Shown: one piece after another, positions 53,200 to 64,000 of the stretch
How the letters are laid out: the number at the start of each line of letters is the position of its first letter
How positions within the stretch are numbered: position 1 is the stretch's first letter
NCBI GenBank assembly: GCA_964016885.1
Contig: OZ024742.1
Location: forward strand, 115,072,001 to 115,136,000
Origin: Eledone cirrhosa
Taxonomy: Eukaryota
Length of the DNA stretch: 64,000 nt
Direction: 5' to 3'
The notes under the pieces: generated by a model
Told to the model about the DNA's origin: nothing
The model's input: only the letters and a program-made list of their open reading frames with translations
The model's database searches: none
Program-made: the position numbers and the translations under genes

Positions 53200-54270
53200 A
53201 AGAGGTTAAGGGTTCGATTTGCACTTGGAATACTAAAACTTTTGTTTGGGTCTATACCATAGCTGGTATGTATTTGAGTCATTCTGTATGGCCTGCTTTA
53301 AGTAAAGCTAAGTTGTAGTAGCTAGCGTGTTCATTGAACATTTCAAGGTTAGAGGATAAGCGCGAGATTCTAAGGGATATACTATGCGCTATAGAGTTAA
53401 TTATGGATCTAGGACGGTTCGAGTTATAGTCAATGTAAGCTAAATTTTCATTTTTCTTTTGGAAGGGTTCTATTAGTCCTGAGTTAAGGTTAAACGATAC
53501 GTCCATGAAGTGGTCTCTTTTAGAATTGGGTTCAAAAGTAATGCTAAGGCCTAAGTGGTTAAAGAATTTTCTAATTTGCTTTCTTAGTTTTGGCTATTTG
53601 AGTTTCTAGCTAAAAGCAAAGTATCATCTCTATAGATTCCGCCTTGTAGGTTACCAAATTCCCTATGTAAGAAATATGCTATATAAATTCCTACCAAGTC
53701 TGTGATCTGGGCTGAGTCGTTTGATCCCATAGTTATATCAAAGTTATTATGTCTATTTTTTCGCTCCCAGTAGCTGTTGTCGAATTTATTGATTGTTTGT
53801 CTAGCGGCTAATATTATTTTAATCTCATCTGCTGAAAGATCCGAATTATTTTGGGCAAAGGATAGTGCATTATTAAGGGTGACTGGAGAGATATAAGAGT
53901 AGTAGTCATTTATGTCAAATTGTATAAAGTCGGACGATTCTCTATTGTTTAATGAGTTGAACCAGTCTATTGCTTCATTTGTGTTACCCCAGAGCTTGAT
54001 AGTTAGTTGTTACTTAATTTGTGGTAATATTCCATCTAGTATAAACTTATTAATTCGGCCTGCATCTGATTTTGAAGGACATATCAATCTAATAGTAGGC
54101 TTGGTTTCGAAGTTACATGTATGATCCTTCAGATTAAAGGTGGGTTCACAAGGTGTAGTAAGTTCGGTTCTATCGGATATTTTAAGTTGTTTTACTATGT
54201 TAAGACCTTCTATGTTAATGCTGTTGTTAATGTTAAGAACTTCTATGTTAATGTTAACATAAATCAGCAA
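53200..54270 (-). pseudogene. PLE (Hydra-type) reverse transcriptase remnant
   Basis: FNLKDH..KPTIRLICPSKSDAG, FIQFDINDYY, NFDITMGSNDSAQITDLVG, GGIYRDD, FMDVSFNL, RISRLSS. Confidence 0.9.
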
Positions 54271-54949
54271 CGAAATTCCAGAACTTTAGACCAACTTAAC
54301 TCCACTTTCAACTCCTTATTCCTTGTTATACCATTAGCACTTATTACGATATCAAATTATCACAAACTTTATAATTACGAAAGAATAACGTCAGAACATT
54401 TGTATTTACATCATTATTTTTATTTTGTTTGTATTTACTTCATTTATAAACATCTTTCACCATTTGTCTTTGCATTTCTCCACTTAAACATATTTTATAT
54501 CGATCATTTTATCCTATCATATAATACATCTCAAACTAGCTATTTTACCTAGTAATATATATTCGTCCGTCTGTTTATTCTATTTTTTCTTTCCTTCATA
54601 TCCTGTATTCATGATTAATTTTTACCCCTCTCTGCTTCCTCCTCCCTCTTAAACTTCATCTATTTCATTCTCATCATCCTACCTCTTTGCCTGTGCTATA
54701 TCCCCCCTTCTTTATTTCTATCTATATCTTTATTATTAATATTATATTTATTTTGATGTGATAGTTTGATTTCGTAACTTTGCCGGTTATACATTTAACT
54801 ATATCTTCGTTCCTTCTTTCGTCATTTTCTTTTTCTCTCTCTCCGTTCCACATGTCCCCCTTCCTTTATTTATTTATCTTTAATACTATTATTGAAGTAG
54901 TAATTTGAATTTGTAAGTTTACCGTTACGCATGTATTTTGAAGTTATTG

Positions 54950-55061
54950 ACAGTTTCTGAGGAAATGATTGAACTTATATGTATTTTACATTGAATAATG
55001 CTATATCCAGTGTTTAGCAATTTATAGACAATATCTATCATGGAAACAATTTTTAGACTGT
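54950..55061 (+). ncRNA. Decayed hammerhead with a ~79-nt stem II domain
   Basis: ACAGTTT-CTGAGGA-aATGAtTGA..TCtATCATg-GAAA-CAATTT-TT-AGACTGT, at the end of a pyrimidine-rich UTR-like tract. Confidence 0.62.
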
Positions 55062-55273
55062 AAATAATTCTCCTTTTTTGTACTGTTGACCATGTTATTC
55101 TTCACATTTTTACTACTCCAAGATATATTTACATAATAATACAAGTGAAGTCATAAATTCGTCACTCAAGTAAACCTCTGGTTGAGTCACAGAGCACCGT
55201 ACGCTTAAACTGTCCATGGTAAGTAGTTTTCTCAGACAGTTATCGGATATTACCTTTAACGATGTATTGTTAT

Positions 55274-55374
<101 letters not shown>

Positions 55375-55647
55375 GTGTATATATACGTGTATGTTATCCT
55401 ACACATATATATATATATATATATGTAAGAGGTGAGTTTTATTGTAGCACAATCTCTCCTCCTCTCTCATCCTTCCTACTTATACTCCGCCCGCACCATC
55501 CTTTACTCTTATTTCTTCCTCCTCCTTACCTTTTCCAACCCCACCTAATTTTTCCCAATCTCATACATTCATCTTAATTTATTTTTCATATGTTGATTTA
55601 AAACTTCACTGCTCACAAGTGTGTTTAAGCTTCATATCATGTCACCC

Positions 55648-55718
55648 TATTTTATCTGATGAGAACAAATATGTCATCCCATGATGATATTTGTTTTTGA
55701 AATGCGCATAATAAAATA
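55648..55718 (+). ncRNA. Type I hammerhead ribozyme (28227-related family)
   Basis: TATTTTAT-CTGATGA-GAACAAATAT..ATATTTGTTTTT-GAAA-TGCGCA-TA-ATAAAATA. Confidence 0.87.
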
Positions 55719-55754
55719 CTCGGAAGCCTTTTAAATATCTTTTGATCTTATATT

Positions 55755-55833
<79 letters not shown>

Positions 55834-55875
55834 GTTAAATAAAAGCCACATGATTAAAATATAGCTTCGTTTATT

Positions 55876-55930
55876 ACTGCTATATATATTTCAGTGACAA
55901 CCATCTTTGGCAGTGACCTCTTCAGGCAGT
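55876..55930 (-). ncRNA. Type I hammerhead ribozyme (39329 family)
   Basis: Minus strand reads ACTGC-CTGAAGA-GGTCACTGCCA aaga TGGTTGTCACT-GAAA-TATATA-TA-GCAGT-AATAAA. Confidence 0.87.
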
Positions 55931-56041
55931 TTGAATTAGTATGGTACAGACAAGTACATATGTTGTTTAGGTGTATAATATTGTCAATACTCTGATATGC
56001 CCAGTTCCTTGTTGGGTTGTTATTTCACTGAGGAACTGGAG

Positions 56042-56078
<37 letters not shown>

Positions 56079-56086
<8 letters not shown>

Positions 56087-56749
56087 TAAACGGAATAGAA
56101 AATGCTGACAAATTGTTCACAGTGAAAAATAGTTTAATTAGGAATAAGTGATAATTAGTAATAGTATTGGTTAGTATTCAGTTTTGGTTTAAGTTTTACC
56201 AGTTGCGCATTTCTAATGCTTTTCAAAAATAATTTTGAGATAGAGCGTCCGTGATGTTTGCTCTGATCTGATTAGTTTTGGGAATTCTACCTGTTTTTAT
56301 GTTAAAAAAGTGGCTCCAGCGGTATTAAAATAAGTTTTGCGCCAATTCGTGTTGCAAAAATTCTTGTGGTCAAAACAATTTTGATTGGTCGGTAGAGGTC
56401 ATGTGAATGTAAAAAATTGATTTTGCGCCAAATGTAGGTTTGTGTCGGCTGACTGAGAGATAAGTCTTTCACAACAAATATGTGTGTGGATGTGTGTAGT
56501 AGTAGTAAACAGGTTCGTTTTTGTGATAATAGGTCAGCAGGAATGTGTGTGCGAACCGCAGCCTGAGGACAGTTCAGATGCCTATTAAGACAAGTGTGTG
56601 TGTGTGTGTGTGTGTATGTATATGTGTGTGTGTGTGTGTGATACAGAGTAATTCGTGGTAGAGGGATGGTCAGTAGGAATGTGTATGTGTGTGGGGGATA
56701 TTTTAACATGTTAAAATATATTTGTTCAGCTCTTGTCTTGTACAGAGAA

Positions 56750-56780
<31 letters not shown>

Positions 56781-58440
56781 TGTATGTGTGTGTGTGTGTG
56801 TATGTGTGTGTGTGTGTGTGTGTCTTTGTATGTTAATGTGTCTGTAAGTGTAGGGGGATATTTTAACATGTTAAAATATCTTTTTTCAGCTCTTGTCTTA
56901 TACGGAGAAGTGTGTGTGTGTGTATATGTCTCTTTGTATGTTAATGTACGCCTGTGTATGTGTGTGTGGGTGGGTGGATCAGTATTTATTTCTGTTAAAA
57001 TGGTGTACATTATTCGATATTTTCAGTAAAATCGATTCTCTCAATAGAACATCAAACACCTTAATAGTAAAAGGTGTGAAATGGTATATAGTATTGGCAT
57101 AATACCAAGGTGTGTGTGAGTGTGTCCAGATTGCATGTACTGCAAGGGGGATGCATTAGACCTAGCCGTTTTGATGTCTATAGATATAAACGTGCCGACA
57201 CGCACACATTCATAAATGCACACATTCATTGCACACTGATGGGCACATACATATTTGTGCACAGGTATTCCAATACGGCAATGGCCTAATGAATTACCCT
57301 TGCAGTACGTACAATCTGGACACACTCCAGATACATATTTGTGCCAGGTATACAATTTCTGGACACACCCCAGATACATGTATACAATTTGTGCACAGGT
57401 ATACAATTTGTGCACGGGTATGCAAGTTCTGGACACACTCAAGATACATATTTGTGCACAGGTATTCCAATACGGCAAGGCCTAATGGACCCCACTTGCA
57501 GTACGTACAAGCTGGACACACTCACAGACACCTTGGTATTATTCCAATACTATATATCATTTCACACCTTTTATTATTAAGGTTTTTGATGTTCTATTGA
57601 GAGAATTGATTTTAATGAAAATATCGAATAATGTACTCCATTTTAACAGAAATAAATACTGATCCAACCACACACACACACACACACACACATTCTCACA
57701 CATACACACGCACACACATGTATACACACACACATACACACGCGTACATTAACATACAAAGAGACACACACACACACACACACACACACTTCTCCGTACA
57801 AGACAAGAGGTGAAAAAATATCTTTTAACATGTTAAAATATACCCCAGACACTTACAGACACATTCCTACTGACCATCCCTCTACCACGAATTACTCTGC
57901 TACACACACACACACACACACTTGTCTTAATAGGCATTTGAACTGTCAACAGGCTGCGGTTCGCACACACATCCCTGCTGACCATTATCAAAACAACGAA
58001 CTTTTTTACTACTACTGCACACACACACACACATATTTCTTGTGAAAGACTTATCTCTCAGTCAGCCGACACAAACCTACATTTGGCGCAAAATCAATTT
58101 TTTTACATTTACATGACCTCTACCGACGAATCAAAATTGTTTTGACCAGAAGAATTTTTGCAACACAAATTGGCGCAAAACTTATGTTAATACAGCTGGA
58201 GCCACTTTTTTAACATAAAAACAGGTAGAATTCCCAAAACTAATCAGATCAGAGCAAACATCACGGACGCTCTATCTCAAAATTATTTTTGAAAAGCATT
58301 AGAAATGCGCAACTGGTAATACTTAAACCAAAACTGAATACTAACCAATACTATTACTAATTGTCACTATTTATTCCTAATTAAACTATTTTTCACTGTG
58401 AACAATTTGTCAGCATTTTCTATTCCGTTTACCAATATAT
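56079..58440. mobile_element. Foldback-type non-autonomous element with ~1-kb terminal inverted repeats
   Basis: 56079-57170 is the reverse complement of 57468-58440 (ends ATATTGGTAAACGGAATAG..CTATTCCGTTTACCAATAT). The ~300-bp spacer contains gtgcac subrepeats. Confidence 0.9.
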
Positions 58441-58470
58441 CATAACTCGTGTGTTACACCTCTATTCTTT

Positions 58471-58509
<39 letters not shown>

Positions 58510-58511
<2 letters not shown>

Positions 58512-59032
58512 CAACCCATTATAAACCATACATTAATGAAAATAGTAATACTAATACTACTATATATAACACAATTAACTCTCCCGATACAATATTTTCG
58601 AATGGCCGTAACTGTAGAATCATAAGAAATTGCCCATTAAAGGGAAATTGTCTTATTAATAACATAGTCTATAAACGTGTAAGTACCACTAAGGACTCCA
58701 CTCAATCGTATATAGGAGCTACGTCTAACTAATTTAAAGTAAGATTTGATAGCCACAAACATAGTTTTAAAAATGCCGCATTAGCTATTACAACCTCCTT
58801 GGCTGGAGCAATTAATAATTATAGAAAGAAGGATATTGATTGCAATCTGACCTGGAGCGTGCTGAAAAGGGACACCCTTTATCAAAATAGCAGATATGAG
58901 TGTAGGTTATGCTCCCAAGAACTATTTGAAATCATTAAATCTAATGATATTCTATTAAATAAGCGACAGAAGTTGATTATATCATGCAATCATAGAATTA
59001 GAAAAACCTTCAAATATTATAATCTTAATTAA
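58510..59032 (+). pseudogene. PLE (Hydra-type) GIY-YIG endonuclease remnant; 3' UTR continues to ~59990
   Basis: NCRIIRNCPLKGNCL..IVYK..SYIGATSN*FKVRFDSH..CRLC..LLNKR..SCNH. Confidence 0.9.
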
Positions 59033-59790
59033 TATATACCTCACTCTTATATTTTACAAATTATTATAATTAATTTTACATTTTTTTTTAATTTACTTAA
59101 CCTATAATTAGATATTTAATACAAAGAATTTCATAATTTTATTTCCCTCTTGCAGCTCACTTTACCTAAAGTTATCTTTAACCTCACCGCATCCCATATC
59201 TATCACATTTAATACCCATAATTATTTAATACCTAGGAATAGTAGATATATTTAATATCTTTAATATTATGGATGCTTAGATAATTACACTATTTTTATA
59301 AAACTTTATCTATTTCAGTCTTTCTATATATATTTATTTATTTTTTTGTTTTACTTCTTCATTTATCACATTCATAAGAATTAATATAATTTTAACTCTA
59401 TAAGTGTACCTATCAATTAATTTAATTTCCTTTTAATTATCTAGGTTCCTTGAAATTTAAACAGATGTAATATTTCTCACTAACACTCTGATCCCACAAA
59501 CAATTATTTTCCCTTCAATTTTAACAGCATTCTTTAATATCATCAATTTTTTGGGGGAATTCTTCACTATCTCATTGACTTGACTGCATTGTAACCCCTA
59601 TCTATCTCTTTCCCATTGTATTCTTTTCATTCAAAGCATAAATTTACATTCCTCCACTCCTAGCATAAAGGTCTACTACTGTTATTCTATCAACTTGACC
59701 TCTAACTCTTTTCTATTGGCCAATTCAAAACCTGTTCCGAAACAGACTTTTTGTATTGATACTTTGTTTCTTTCAATAAACATACTTCAT

Positions 59791-59925
59791 CATTTCTGAA
59801 GATGGCATATATAGGTGAAGGTATGTATATCTCCTCAGATAATTTGTATTATTTATTTACATACATCTTTAATATGGTATACATACCAACACACACATAT
59901 ATATCCCAGAAACGATAGTAAAAGG
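59791..59925 (+). ncRNA. Hammerhead motif with a 106-nt stem II domain
   Basis: CATTT-CTGAAGA-TGGcATATATAgGTG..CACATATATATcCCA-GAAA-CGATAG-TA-AAAGG, at the expected pLTR position downstream of the GIY-YIG remnant. Confidence 0.68.
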
Positions 59926-60094
59926 AACCTGTTCTTTGTTTTTATCTCATTGTTTTTATTAATTTATCTTGACTCTGTTTTCCTATGATTTTCATCGTTA
60001 AATTTGGAATGCATTTTCTTTTTCCATATAAAACAAGCAACATACAAAGAACAACCAGATGTGAGAAAAACCACAAACCCTCCATCTCAACTCT

Positions 60095-60136
60095 ACTTTT
60101 GAAACGCAGAAGAACTGCGAAACCGGTAGGTAAAGG
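60095..60136 (+). ncRNA. Hammerhead variant (U3-A8) in a solo pLTR (60015-60200)
   Basis: ACTT-TTGAAAC-GCAG aagaa CTGC-GAAA-CCGG-TA-(GGTA duplicated)-AAGG. Confidence 0.65.
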
Positions 60137-60196
60137 AACCAAATAACTAAATATTTTTTTTTTAAAATAAGACACCAGTTGCATTTTCGATTTCAT

Positions 60197-60235
<39 letters not shown>

Positions 60236-60347
60236 CACTAATAAAGGGAGGCGTACGCGACAACGCTCGTTTTATATCTTTTAATACCGTTAGTAAAATA
60301 ACTTCTAATAAATAATTGTTTCTACGTTTGGCACAAGGGGAGTACAT

Positions 60348-60420
60348 TACTGGTACTTAATTTCAACGACACCGTAAGGATGGAAGTCAAAGTTAAACTC
60401 GGCGAGTTTTGAACTCATAT
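60348..60420 (-). mobile_element. Decayed SINE core fragment (13969 family)
   Basis: The reverse complement reads tgagttcaaaactcgccgagtttaactttgacttccatccttacggtgtcgttgaaattaagtaccagt. Confidence 0.7.
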
Positions 60421-60535
60421 TGTCAATTTGAATAAATAATGAATGAATATTATATATTATTCTAAATTTCGTAACACGTGATTAAAAATAAGTAATTTTA
60501 TTGCTTATATCAGAATTCAATTCTTTTAAAAGATG

Positions 60536-60617
<82 letters not shown>

Positions 60618-61199
60618 TTAGAGAGAAAGAGAGGGCGGCTGAAGAGATTGGAATATTTTTCAACGAGCTGATGAGTATATGTGCGTATATGTGCATTTAT
60701 ATGTATGAGTATATAACTAATTGTGCAGACACGCTTACAACAATATACACTCGCATACATACTTTCACACAAACACACATTATTTGCTGTTACAGGTTTC
60801 ATTTACAGTTGTATAACAAATATAATATTATATTGATATAATGTGAATGAAAACACAAACAAACATAATATATACAAAGGAAAGGGAAAGAAAGAAGAAA
60901 GAGAAAGAAACACAGAAATAGGTAGCACACGTCTAGGACCAGACAACACACAAACAGTTAATACACACATCAAAGACAACACACAAAACACAAGCAGGTA
61001 ATACCACATAGAAAAAAAGGCAGGCGAAATGGCTGGACAAACGTGCTACTACCAGACCAAAAGATAACAATATCGCAACGAGCACTAGCAAAACATTCTA
61101 ATAATTTTTGAGGCAAGCCAGCACACTTGGAGCGTTAACTCCGATGCTGAGATGGTGGAACAACCAAACGCTCTCACTAGGACCACCACTTACCTCGGT

Positions 61200-61477
61200 T
61201 AGGCGAGCCGCGTGTGAAGAGAAGAATCTCGCTGTCAGTAGCCTGACTTCCCCAAACGTCTCGCCACGGGCTGGAAAATATAGTTAGCTGACAGACCATG
61301 AAATGTTAGGATTGTGTTGGAAGAATCAAAAGAGTCACTAACTGTTGTGTCCCAGACAAGGCATCTATCTCTTGACCAAGGGCACAGGGTTCGACCGTCA
61401 GGTCTTTTCCTATCAATTCTGGACAACCCAGACGGTTTCAAAATTGAGGGGATGTTTGCCCAGGACAAAGCTCTTAA
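61200..61477 (-). pseudogene. CRE-type non-LTR retrotransposon restriction-like endonuclease fragment
   Basis: [48 protein letters not shown] matches the EPxGLxRxDGKRPDGxTxxPWxxGxxLxWD motif. Confidence 0.82.
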
Positions 61478-61734
61478 GTGGTAGTAGGAAAGTGTGTCTA
61501 TGAGCGCGCGGGTGATTTTGTCGGCATTCTAAAATTAGAGACATGTGTGTTATACATATATATATGTGGATTATATATATATATATGTGTGTGTCATATA
61601 TATATATATATGTGCATGTGTGTGTGTGTGTGTGTCACCGTTTTTAAGTTAGAGATATATATCTGTGTATCCCCTTCCTTTTACACACATACATACACAG
61701 AAACACATTTTGTGACGGACAGAAGTCGCTTAAA

Positions 61735-62389
61735 TTGATATACATGTAAATGGAGTTCCGCTGAAGCATCTGGAGAAGTTGAAGTATCTCAGGGCCGTGT
61801 TCATTAGTGACGGAAGGCAGGAAACGGAATTAAGAGCAAGAATTGCAAAAGCTGATGCAGTAGTGCGTCAGCTTTAGCATTCAGTAATCTAATGATGGGA
61901 GGTAGGTGTAAAAGCGAAACTCGCTGTCTTTCTGGAATTCCTGCCAACCCTTGCCAAGGGTAATGAGTCTTCAGTAATGACTCAAACAATAACATTTCAA
62001 ATAAAAGCGGCAGAAATAGAGTTATTCCGAAGGGACTTTGAGTAACGTTACTGGATGAAGTGCAGATATCAGAGACCAGAGAGTCACTCCTAGCAAAGCG
62101 GCTACTTCTCCGAATTGACAGATCACAGCTGCAGTAATATGGGCATGTGTTAGAATGTCTCAGTAAAGAATCGCTGGACAGATTTTACAGGCAAAACCAA
62201 CCGGCAACGGACCCAGAGGTAGACCCTGAGCAAGATAGTTAGATAACATCCATGACCTTGTTTGGTCACGCTTTAGGATCCAGCTGGACCAGTTAGAGAT
62301 GTTTACTTCGGACAGACTCGCTGGAAGGAGTGTTTGTTGAGGACTCTGCCCCCACGACCTTCTCAGAAATAAGTGGGCGAAGAAGAAGA
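61735..62389 (+). mobile_element. RTE-clade LINE 3' fragment
   Basis: VNGVPLKHLEKLKYLRAVFISDGRQETELRARIAKA, AAEI, RSQLQ*YGHV, KPTGNGPRGRP, and a short (GAA)n tail. Confidence 0.85.
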
Positions 62390-62785
62390 TATTGTCAATT
62401 TACTTTTCAATATACATATAATATCGATATGCATATATATTTGCGTATAAAACCAATACGCACATTATATGTGCTAGGAGAAAACCGCACTCAGGGTGGT
62501 TTTTCTGCTAGTATGTATAATATCTTTGTTAATTTACTAATGGGCATTTAATAATTCAACAGATACATACATAGGATGTTGTAAACTGATATTTATTGGA
62601 GGATAACTTAACAGGTGGTTTGAAATAAATTAAATATTTATTGAAGGTTGATATTTCGCTTTCTTTCAGAAATAGCTCATTGAAGAATAGCTCATTATAA
62701 AAAAATACCAATTCAGTAATCATAATAAAAAGTATCTTCAGTAATAATGATAAAAGTATAGATAAGTGGAAAGGGAGGAGGAGAC

Positions 62786-62876
62786 GAAGAAGAAGAAGAA
62801 GAAGAAGAAGAAGAAGAAGAAGAAGAAGAAGAAGAAGAAGAAGAAGAAGAAGAAGAAGAAGAAGAAGAAGAAGAAG
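62786..62876 (+). repeat. (GAA)n microsatellite, ~30 units
   Basis: Directly visible. Confidence 0.97.
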
Positions 62877-63177
62877 GATTTAAAATGTATAATATCAAAG
62901 ACCATCCTATGAACAGTAGAACAAAAACATACAATAAAAAATTAAAATCTCAAATTGAATTTTCAAAGATTTTCACATTTATACTAATAAGAAAATATAT
63001 TTTTTTCTAACATAACATTCTTACAATTTTTATTTAACAAAGATGTTTTGATGTTTTACATCAATAATAATATTGTTCGTGAAAAATGTTTTAGAGAATA
63101 ATCTAGATGACATTATTTATACGTAAATCTGTAAATACACCTACACGCACACATAGAGAAAAAAGTTTGTTTATAAC

Positions 63178-63244
<67 letters not shown>

Positions 63245-63251
63245 TATATAC

Positions 63252-63282
<31 letters not shown>

Positions 63283-64000
63283 CCTGTGTGTGTCTGTGTA
63301 TGTATGTACATTTTATTTATATATATAATAATATACGATAAGTTTGAAAATAAACATGTGAAAGCCTTTAGCTCTGAATTTTAAACGAAATAAAAAAATA
63401 CCAATTGATGATGCCAGCTAGGATTTTCCAGCTGAACCAAGAGGAAATTACCGGGAGGTGTTTCTAACTTTTAAAGGTAATTCACCCGTCTACCTCTCTT
63501 TCTGCTGGAACTCGATTCAGGCGAAATCGATTAGCTTTTATGCATATGTATATTGGCTGTTTAAACTCATTTGCAAACGGCTCTGTAAACGGGCTCTGCA
63601 TGTACAACTAAAATAAATAAGTTGTTCGCAACAGCATAGCTGTATACTTATGTGTATGTAAATATTGTATATCGAATAATACGGGACATATTCACGAAGA
63701 AACATTTCAAAGCATTCAACTATGTATTTTAAAACGTAGTGTCAAGGCGACACATCACGGATTCTAGCAGAAGCAATGAACAATTTCCGACAGTTGTTTC
63801 TGACTTATGTTAGTTACGAAGGTAATGCAGTCCTCTACCCCGTTTTCTGCTGGAACAACATGTAAGCACAATATATAGTTTTAAAGCCTATGTATACGGT
63901 CAGGTTAACTTCGTTTGCACACAGAAGTGTAACATGCTCGGTTCGTACAATACATTGTTTAAAGTGTTCACTACATCACAGCTGTATACATATAACTATG

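Noticed and set aside
57240-57480. Short repeats with intervening sequence, superficially CRISPR-like
   Set aside because: The spacers are themselves repetitive and irregular, the context is eukaryotic, and there are no cas genes. These are subrepeats of the foldback element.

Overview
AT-rich eukaryotic intergenic or intronic DNA, probably octopus (inferred from a tRNA-derived SINE resembling the octopus OR-type family and very abundant (TA)n/(CA)n tracts). I found no host gene, and most ORF-track entries are microsatellite artefacts. The window is almost entirely transposon-derived. It holds many Penelope-like elements (PLEs) sitting in (TA)n tracts: one Neptune-type copy with an open 526-aa RT+GIY-YIG frame and several Hydra-type remnants. 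It also holds two Tx1/L1-type LINE families, an internally deleted R4/Dong LINE, CRE and RTE fragments, a Helitron remnant, SINEs, a 2.4-kb foldback element and a 799-bp unit with 214-bp direct repeats. The main hidden layer is RNA structure. About 20 minimal type I hammerhead ribozyme (HHR) motifs from about 8 pLTR families can be read by eye, including U3-A8 core variants, palindromic stem III, 80-106 nt stem II expansions and AATAAA overlapping the cleavage site. Up to four small foldback elements look like a hammerhead 3' half mirrored about its own stem II loop, which suggests snap-back priming at the ribozyme. All alignments and folds were done by eye, and element boundaries are approximate.
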